From NCBI RefSeq assembly GCF_006345805.1, contig NC_042999.1:150846001-150910000 (forward strand): 64,000 nucleotides of DNA, in the 5' to 3' direction. The translations under genes and the position numbers were made by a program. This stretch comes from Octopus sinensis. Taxonomy: Eukaryota. The notes beneath the pieces were generated by a model that ran no database searches, had not been told where the DNA came from, and saw only the letters and a list, made by a program, of their open reading frames with translations. Shown one piece after another: positions 63,421-64,000 of this stretch (position 1 is its first letter; the number at the start of each line of letters is the position of its first letter).

Positions 63421-64000
63421 CTACTACTCTATCTTTAACTTCTTTCCTTCCTGGCCAAGTGATTGAAAACATCATCATCATCACCATCATCATCTCAGCT
63501 TTTCCATGATGGCATGAATAGATAGGATGGGATATCACAGTCAAGGATGGTTCTTTTTCAGAGATACTGTCCCCTTTTAGATAGGTTGAAAATGTGTGTC
63601 TTGTTACATGGTGGGTGGCATATCTGGAGTAATTAGGGTGTATAAAAATGTTAAATGTCTGCTAATTATCCTAAGAATTCCCCTTGGAATGTCAGCCTGT
63701 CTGATCATTCATAGTTAAAATAAGAGATTTTAAAAGAATCTTACTACTTGTAAGATCCTTATCATGTCTTTTGGAACCTTGCTACAGATTGCTCTTAGAA
63801 TTTTAGATTCCTAATTAACCATTATTCAGCCTCATTTAAGGATCCCTTCACTACATCAGAGATAACTAGAAGGGAAAACAATAATGAATGAAAGGGTGAT
63901 GGGGGGAGTGAAAGCCAGCGAATGAGAGAGAGAGCACAGAGAAGTGAAGGGTTGAGAGAGGAGGGAAGGAAGTAAAAATTTGTAAGCTTCAAGAGAGAAA

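Overview
AT-rich, repeat-saturated eukaryotic (animal) non-coding DNA. The tRNA-derived SINE families, RTE/R4/Tx1 LINE remnants and dense (TA)n/(CA)n/(CAT)n/(AAT)n microsatellites are what I recognise from Octopus (coleoid cephalopod) genomes; this assignment is inference. I found no convincing host protein-coding gene, and almost all ORFs in the supplied track are microsatellite or SINE artefacts. The one real long ORF is missing from the track because it runs off the left edge: an uninterrupted Penelope-like retroelement (PLE) reverse transcriptase of at least 573 codons on the minus strand (1720 to <2), with a 63-bp inverted-repeat 5' structure next to (TA)n. The window also holds decayed R4/Dong, RTE and Tx1/L1 LINEs, a mariner remnant, a complete non-autonomous Helitron, piggyBac/hAT/Tc1-mariner MITEs, long fold-back elements and dozens of SINEs. 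Most notable patterns: (i) SINE-C insertions recurring at GGTAYTT, which explains self-nesting; (ii) four SINEs showing all 2x2 combinations of central and tail modules; (iii) a near-perfect 71/72-bp hairpin built from unique DNA plus a SINE tail; (iv) a strong-splice-site 35-nt exon candidate closed in all three frames. Coordinates were read by eye. They are exact where motifs or TSDs are quoted and about +/-20 bp for decayed repeats.
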